NCBI GenBank assembly: GCA_965263035.1
Contig: OZ253580.1
Location: 1,632,001 to 1,696,000 of the forward strand
Reading direction: 5' to 3'
DNA length: 64,000 bases
DNA from: Acidobacteriota bacterium
GTDB taxonomy: Bacteria > Acidobacteriota > UBA6911 > RPQK01 > JAJDTT01
Shown here: positions 58,702-64,000 of the stretch, one piece after another
Layout: every line of letters starts with the position of its first letter
Numbering within the stretch: the stretch's first letter is position 1
Position numbers and translations under genes: made by a program
Notes under the pieces: generated by a model
Databases searched by the model: none
Told to the model about the DNA's origin: nothing
The model's input: only the letters and a program-made list of their open reading frames with translations

Positions 58702-61700
58702 TAAAAGTCGTAGCGCAGTCCGAACTGGACCTGGCGGGCATCGCCGGCGTTGCGGATGGTTCCGAACCCGGCCGAGCCGAAACTGGTATTGGGATTCCCG
58801 AAATTCACGTGGTTGAAGGCGTTGAAGAGCTCGACGCGGAACTGCACCCGCTGTTCTTCGGCCACGTAGAAATCCTTGTGCAGTGAAATGTCCCAAAGCT
58901 GCAGTCCGGGTCCCACGATCGTGCCTGTACCAGCGTTGCCGAAGGTGTACGGGGCGGCCCGCGCGAAGAACCGGTCGCCGGTATTGAAGAACTGATTGAT
59001 CATCTGGTCCCGGGACGAGTGGCCCAGGTCGTTGGGATTCCGCAGCAGGTCGGGACGGCTGCCCCCTGCGTTGGAGACATTGAAGATATCCCTGGGTGTC
59101 AGAAACGCTCCGGATTGGAAGGTTCCGATCCCTCCCAGTTTCCAGCCGCCGAAAATCAAGTCAGCCGTTCGGCCGATGTCGCCGCCCAGTGGTCTCCCCC
59201 GCCCGAAGGGCAACTGGTAGACCCAACTGATGGACGCCAGGTGACGCGTGTCGTACCGGGTCGGCCCCGTGTCCGCCTTCCAGTTCCGGTTCCAGTCGCG
59301 AATCGGCTGGCCTTCCCAGAGCTGGGGTCCGGCGATGGAGGTGCCCAAGACCTTGCCCCAGCTGTAAGCGCCCAGGAGCATGAGTCCATCCGGTCCCATC
59401 TCTTTGCGCAGTTTGACCTGAAGCGCATTGTAGTTGCTGGTGCCCCAGTTGACCGGCCCGCTGATCCCGGACAGATCACAGATGCCGGCGTTTCGGCAGA
59501 GTGCCCGGCGCTGCGCCGTGGGTTCAGGACCCGGATAAGGGTTGTTGAGCCCGAAATTGAACACGTTCTTGCGGCCCGCGTTCCCAACGTAGGCCACCTC
59601 GACGCCCATTATCGGCAACAGCTCGCGATCCAGGCTGAGGGAGTACTGTTGCAGGTAGGGGGTTCGATTGTCGCGGATCAGACCCCGGCCTCCCGAGGCC
59701 GGCACGATGGAGGTCCCGAACGGACTGGCGAAGCTGACGGCGGGAACGTCCCGGTCGCTGGAGATGCTGACCGGCGGCACCCAGGGCCGGCCCAGTCCCA
59801 TGGTGATGGGGATGTCCAGAACCTGCCAGCTGTAGAAGACGCCGTATCCACCCCGAAGAACCGTCTTGTTGTCGCCCATCATGCGCCAGGCAAAGCCGAC
59901 CCGCGGGCCCCAATCGTTCATTTCGGACCCGCCGACTTTCTGCAGGCTGCGGTCGTAGTCGAAGGCGTCGTTGGTGACCGCGTTGCTGGGCGTGCCCGGC
60001 AGGGTTGGAACCGAATCCGGAAATACCCATTGACCGGAAGCGATGTCGATGCCGGTGATCCGGTTCTCGCTGTCATACGGGCGCTGCCAGATCTCGTATC
60101 GCACGCCCAGATTCAGAGTGAGGTCCGGATGGACGTTCCAGTCATCCTGGAGGAAGAACATCCACCAGGTCTGCTTCGTGTTGAGCTGCAAAAGAGCGGC
60201 ATTCAAGCCGGAACTGGTGACCGCGCCCAGCAGGTAGTCGGCCCAGGCGTTGAACTGATCTCCGGGGGCTCCGACACCGGCGACACTGAACCGCGGCGTG
60301 AAACCGATGATCCCTCGGCTGTTGGCCTCGAAGGCCATGTCCATGGCGTTGCGAATGACTTCGATCCCGACCTTCCAGGAATGGTTTCCCTGAACCTTGT
60401 TCAAGGTGTTCGAGTACACATAGTTGTTGTAGGGATTGTCCAACGGCGCGAAGGTGTCGTCGGCAATCGTCCTCCAGCCGCTGATGTTGATGGTCGGTAT
60501 TCCCGCCTTCTGCCGTTCGGGATCCACTCCGGTGATGCCCGCCCCCGCGAAGAATTCGGGTCCGGTCACGGCGCCACGGCTGCCGCCTTGCACGTAGAGG
60601 TCCGGCAGCGTGGTCTCGTTGTCCCGAATCTGGTGGTACTGGCTGAATCCGAAGTTGAAGGAGTTGATGGTGGTGGGACTGAAGGTGTGCGTCCATCCCA
60701 ACTTGTGATTCTCACCGTTCAAGTCCTGATTCTGGCGAAACCCTTGGAGGGGTGTGGTGCTCCCCCGAGGCTGCGGCTCCAGGAACTTGCGGTCCTGGTA
60801 GGTGAAGCGGAAGGTGATGGCGTCATTGTCGGAGAAGTCGCGATCGTAACGAAAGGAGTACTGGTCCTTGTCACGAATCCGATCCGGACTGGCCACGAAG
60901 TTCCCCGAGAATCCCGCCTGGGTCGGATTGGGGAAGAACTGGTTGATGAATTTTGCCTGCTGCGTAATCCGGTCGGCGGGAATGATGTTGTTGGGGAACG
61001 GTTGCCGCATGCCGGTCGCGGGATCCAGAGTGGCCGGGTCGTAGATGCAACCTTTGTTGTTGGCCGGATTCATGCAGTCGGTGCCCGGCGAGAGCAGGCT
61101 CGAGAAGTCGCCGTTTCTCAGTTCCGGCGTGGGCACGCTGATGGGAACGGTCAGACCTCGAGCGGCCCGCTGGCCTTCATAGTTGAAGAAGAAGAAATCG
61201 TTCTCGGAGCCCGGAATATTGCCGCCGAACGAACCTCCGAACTGGCTCCGGCGGAACTCGGGAATCCTGCTGGCGAAGAAGTTCCGCGCCTCGTGGTTGT
61301 CGTTGCGGTGAAACATGTAGAGAGCGCCGTGGTAGTCGAGCGACCCGCGTTTGGTGACGATGTTGATCTGGGCTCCGCCGCTGCGGCCGAACTCGGAGTC
61401 ATAGACGTTGGTCTGGATCTTGAACTCCTGGATCAAGTCGATGCTGGGGGAGAAGTTCATGCGGCCGGCGCCGCTCTCCTGATTCATGACGCCGTCGACC
61501 ATGGTGTTGTTGGCGTGGTCGGACATCCCGTTGGCCGAGATGCTTCCTCCGCTGTATTCCATGTATCCGACGGTGGTCCTCTGGACTCCCGGCGTCAGTT
61601 CCGCCAACTGCAGGAACTGGCGCCCGTTCAAGGGCAGCTCCAGCACCTTCTCCCGCTCGATGACTTCGCCGACCGTCGCCTGGTCGGTGGCGATGATGGG

Positions 61701-62090
61701 AGTGACCCCCTGGACGGTCACCTCGTCCGAGACCTCGCCGACCTCCAGTTCCACGTCGATCCGTGCTCTCTGGTCCACCTGGAGGATGATTCCCTGAACG
61801 GTCTTGGGCTTGAAGCCGGGCAGAATGGCCCGAACCGAATACTCGCCCGGATCGAGATTCACGATCCGGTAGTTGCCGTCCTCGCCGGTGACCATGATCC
61901 GGGCCACGCCGGTCCCGACGGCGGTGACCTCCACTTCGGCGCCCGGCATGACGGCGCCGGTCTGGTCGCTGACGGTGCCGAGAATGACACCCTTGCTGAC
62001 CTGCGCCAACGAAATGGTGTTCAGCGCGAGCCCGAAGGCGAACACTGTTGCCAACACCCGAATTGATCTGGGGATTCGAAGCTTACTCAT
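58701..62090 (-). CDS. TonB-dependent receptor with carboxypeptidase-regulatory-like N-domain (Oar-like)
   Basis: AAGGAG RBS; GTVSDQTGAVMPGA; LPLNGR; IQEFKIQT; QDDW; RVELFNAFNH; terminal RQVQFGLRYDF. Confidence 0.93.
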   Translation of the reverse strand: MSKLRIPRSIRVLATVFAFGLALNTISLAQVSKGVILGTVSDQTGAVMPGAEVEVTAVGTGVARIMVTGEDGNYRIVNLDPGEYSVRAILPGFKPKTVQGIILQVDQRARIDVELEVGEVSDEVTVQGVTPIIATDQATVGEVIEREKVLELPLNGRQFLQLAELTPGVQRTTVGYMEYSGGSISANGMSDHANNTMVDGVMNQESGAGRMNFSPSIDLIQEFKIQTNVYDSEFGRSGGAQINIVTKRGSLDYHGALYMFHRNDNHEARNFFASRIPEFRRSQFGGSFGGNIPGSENDFFFFNYEGQRAARGLTVPISVPTPELRNGDFSSLLSPGTDCMNPANNKGCIYDPATLDPATGMRQPFPNNIIPADRITQQAKFINQFFPNPTQAGFSGNFVASPDRIRDKDQYSFRYDRDFSDNDAITFRFTYQDRKFLEPQPRGSTTPLQGFRQNQDLNGENHKLGWTHTFSPTTINSFNFGFSQYHQIRDNETTLPDLYVQGGSRGAVTGPEFFAGAGITGVDPERQKAGIPTINISGWRTIADDTFAPLDNPYNNYVYSNTLNKVQGNHSWKVGIEVIRNAMDMAFEANSRGIIGFTPRFSVAGVGAPGDQFNAWADYLLGAVTSSGLNAALLQLNTKQTWWMFFLQDDWNVHPDLTLNLGVRYEIWQRPYDSENRITGIDIASGQWVFPDSVPTLPGTPSNAVTNDAFDYDRSLQKVGGSEMNDWGPRVGFAWRMMGDNKTVLRGGYGVFYSWQVLDIPITMGLGRPWVPPVSISSDRDVPAVSFASPFGTSIVPASGGRGLIRDNRTPYLQQYSLSLDRELLPIMGVEVAYVGNAGRKNVFNFGLNNPYPGPEPTAQRRALCRNAGICDLSGISGPVNWGTSNYNALQVKLRKEMGPDGLMLLGAYSWGKVLGTSIAGPQLWEGQPIRDWNRNWKADTGPTRYDTRHLASISWVYQLPFGRGRPLGGDIGRTADLIFGGWKLGGIGTFQSGAFLTPRDIFNVSNAGGSRPDLLRNPNDLGHSSRDQMINQFFNTGDRFFARAAPYTFGNAGTGTIVGPGLQLWDISLHKDFYVAEEQRVQFRVELFNAFNHVNFGNPNTSFGSAGFGTIRNAGDARQVQFGLRYDF

Positions 62091-62178
62091 GACGCTCCTT
62101 CGGCGGGGGGAGTCGAACTCCCCGTTAAATAGGTCGCATTCCACGTACAATGAAGCAGAACTAGTTGCCGGTAATTTG

Positions 62179-62195
62179 TGCAATACAAGTTCCAG
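62179..62195 (-). promoter_or_regulatory. sigma54 (-24/-12) promoter of the TBDR gene
   Basis: Minus strand CTGGAACTTGTATTGCA = GG-N10-GC with TTGCA, about 90 bp upstream of ATG 62090. Confidence 0.7.
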
Positions 62196-62293
62196 CATCA
62201 GGACAGCCTTCGTTCACCTTCGCCAATTCGCTGACATGTATGGGGTTAGGAACTCCCCCGTACCCTTCGGCGGCGATGCGCGGACGGGATTCT

Positions 62294-62340
62294 GTCCAAA
62301 AAATTGGACTGAGAGCGCGATTGAGTCCGGATTCTTGGAC
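62294..62340. promoter_or_regulatory. Paired palindromic enhancer-like sites GTCC-N8-GGAC
   Basis: GTCCAAAAAATTGGAC (62294-62309) and GTCCGGATTCTTGGAC (62325-62340), 31 bp apart, 100-145 bp upstream of the sigma54 element. Confidence 0.6.
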
Positions 62341-62417
62341 TGAACCGGCTTTCCGCAGCGCTCTGCAAGGGGTCGCGAACACACTCACGGGAGGCAACGG
62401 ACGGCGGCTCCCGCGGT

Positions 62418-64000
62418 TCACTCCGCCGGGCGGGTGACGGTCAGGAATCGATCCACGGGGAGGTCTTCCAGGACCTGCTCTTTTCCGTCCGGCCACCGGA
62501 CCAGCAGGCGGTCGAGACGTTGGGCCGGCCCCAAGCCGAAGTGCAGACGCAGGTCGTTTTGTGAGAGGTAGCTCCCGCCGCTCCGAACTTCTCTCCTGAA
62601 CTTGCGGCCCGGGAGGACGGCCGTGACCCGCGCCCCGATGGCCGGTTCGTTGGGGCTCTTCCCCACCAGCCTCACCGTCAGCCAGTGTCCCCGTCGAAGC
62701 GTGTCGTTCCGCAGAATGGTCGGGGAATCGTCCACGTTGCTGACCACTACATCGATATCGCCGTCGTTGTCCAGATCGCCGAACGCAGCACCGCGGCTGG
62801 ACCTGGCCAACGCCAGGCCGTAGCTCACGGAATCCGGCTCCCGAAACCTTCCCGACCCCGTGTTGATGAACAACTGGTTGCGCTGCGCGTAGCGCTCGTC
62901 CCATTCCCGTTCTTCCACCTGGGGGTAGGTATGGCCGTTGGCCACGAAGAGGTCCTGGTCGCCATCGCTGTCGACGTCGAAGAATCGCGTGCCCCAGGCC
63001 ACGAAGGGGAAGCTCGGCCTTCCCAAACCGATCTGTGGGCTCACGTCGGAAAAGAGGGTCCCCCCCGTGCTTTTGTAGACGGCGTTGTACTCCCGCGAGA
63101 AGTTGGTCACCACGATATCCGGGTTCCCGTCCGCATCGACGTCGCCGATGTCCACACCCATGCAGGCCTGGGTCTGGCCGTCCCACCCGACGGCGACTCC
63201 GCTCAACAACCCGGCCTCTTCAAAACGTCCGTGTCCGCGGTTCCGGTAGAGGTAGTTCGGGGTCCGGTCGTTGGCGACGAAGAGGTCGAGATCCGCGTCG
63301 TTGTCGATATCGGTCCAGATGACGCCCAGGCCGTAGTACATCGCCGTGTCGGCGACGCCGGCCGCGTGGGAAACGTCCGTGAAGGTGCCGTCGCCGTTGT
63401 TGCGGTAGAGGAAATCGGGCGCCCCTTTGAGTCCCCGGGGGCCGCAACCCACCCGCAGCCCGTAGTAGTTGCACACCCGGTCCTTCCGGCTGGGATCCGT
63501 ATGTTCGACGGCGACGTAGTTGGCCACGAAGAGATCGAGATCCCCGTCGCCGTCGTAGTCGGCGAAGGCGGTCCCGGTGCTGAACAGGGGACACGAAACT
63601 CCGGCTCGTTGCGCGGCCTCGGTGAAGGTCCCGTCACCATTGTTGCGATAGAGCAGATTGGGTCCCAGATTGGTGATGTAGAGATCGAGGTTCCCGTCAC
63701 CGTCGTAGTCCCCCACACAGGCGCCCATGCTCCACCCTCGGAAGCCGACACCCGCCGATTCGGTGACGTCGGTGAACGAACCATCGCCGTTGTTGCGATA
63801 GAGCCGGTTGCCGAGTGTCGCGGACGGAACAGCGGCCGGACCCGTCAGCAGATAGATGTCGAGCCAACCGTCACGGTCGTAGTCCAGGAGGGCGACGCCG
63901 CTCCCGATCTGCTCGCGGATGTTGGTTTTCTCGGGAGAACCGGCGCCATGCCGCCACCGGATTCCGCTGGCGGCGGTCGCGTCGGTCAAGCGTACCTCCG
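62418..64000 (-). CDS. CRTAC1/ASPIC-UnbV family protein (5' end outside window)
   Basis: DYDRDGWLDI, YRNNGDGSF repeats, SSRGAAFGDLDNDGDID, GSYLSQ..LHFGLG; frame open to the window edge. Confidence 0.92.
   Translation of the reverse strand, partial: EVRLTDATAASGIRWRHGAGSPEKTNIREQIGSGVALLDYDRDGWLDIYLLTGPAAVPSATLGNRLYRNNGDGSFTDVTESAGVGFRGWSMGACVGDYDGDGNLDLYITNLGPNLLYRNNGDGTFTEAAQRAGVSCPLFSTGTAFADYDGDGDLDLFVANYVAVEHTDPSRKDRVCNYYGLRVGCGPRGLKGAPDFLYRNNGDGTFTDVSHAAGVADTAMYYGLGVIWTDIDNDADLDLFVANDRTPNYLYRNRGHGRFEEAGLLSGVAVGWDGQTQACMGVDIGDVDADGNPDIVVTNFSREYNAVYKSTGGTLFSDVSPQIGLGRPSFPFVAWGTRFFDVDSDGDQDLFVANGHTYPQVEEREWDERYAQRNQLFINTGSGRFREPDSVSYGLALARSSRGAAFGDLDNDGDIDVVVSNVDDSPTILRNDTLRRGHWLTVRLVGKSPNEPAIGARVTAVLPGRKFRREVRSGGSYLSQNDLRLHFGLGPAQRLDRLLVRWPDGKEQVLEDLPVDRFLTVTRPAE

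Noticed and set aside
59019-62066. 1015-aa ORF on + strand
   Set aside because: Antisense shadow of the TBDR; no motifs; long shadow ORFs are expected at high GC.

Overview
High-GC (by eye) bacterial chromosomal window. Gene content (PSD1/DUF1549-DUF1553 + DUF1501 pairs, CRTAC1/ASPIC proteins, CarboxypepD_reg TonB-dependent receptor, PVC-type heme dehydrogenase) points to an Acidobacteria/PVC-like organism (inference). The first ~18.6 kb is accessory-like: a giant pseudokinase-ATPase-TPR-sigma54 activator fusion, an uncharacterised four-gene envelope operon (lipoprotein, secreted coiled-coil protein, helical protein, holin-like peptide), a kinase-response-regulator fusion, an IS630 nested against a 159-bp MITE, and a decaying tandem duplication. 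The rest is a large catabolic/periplasmic region with 4 CocE/NonD hydrolases, hydantoinase/oxoprolinase A + 2xB, aminotransferases, an APC permease, GH109, a sialidase-like protein and a TBDR with a sigma54 promoter. It is sprinkled with four copies of MITE-A (asymmetric CTAG flanks), one MITE-B and many REP-like palindromes. No rRNA, tRNA or CRISPR array was seen. All family assignments come from motif recognition by eye; no searches were run.
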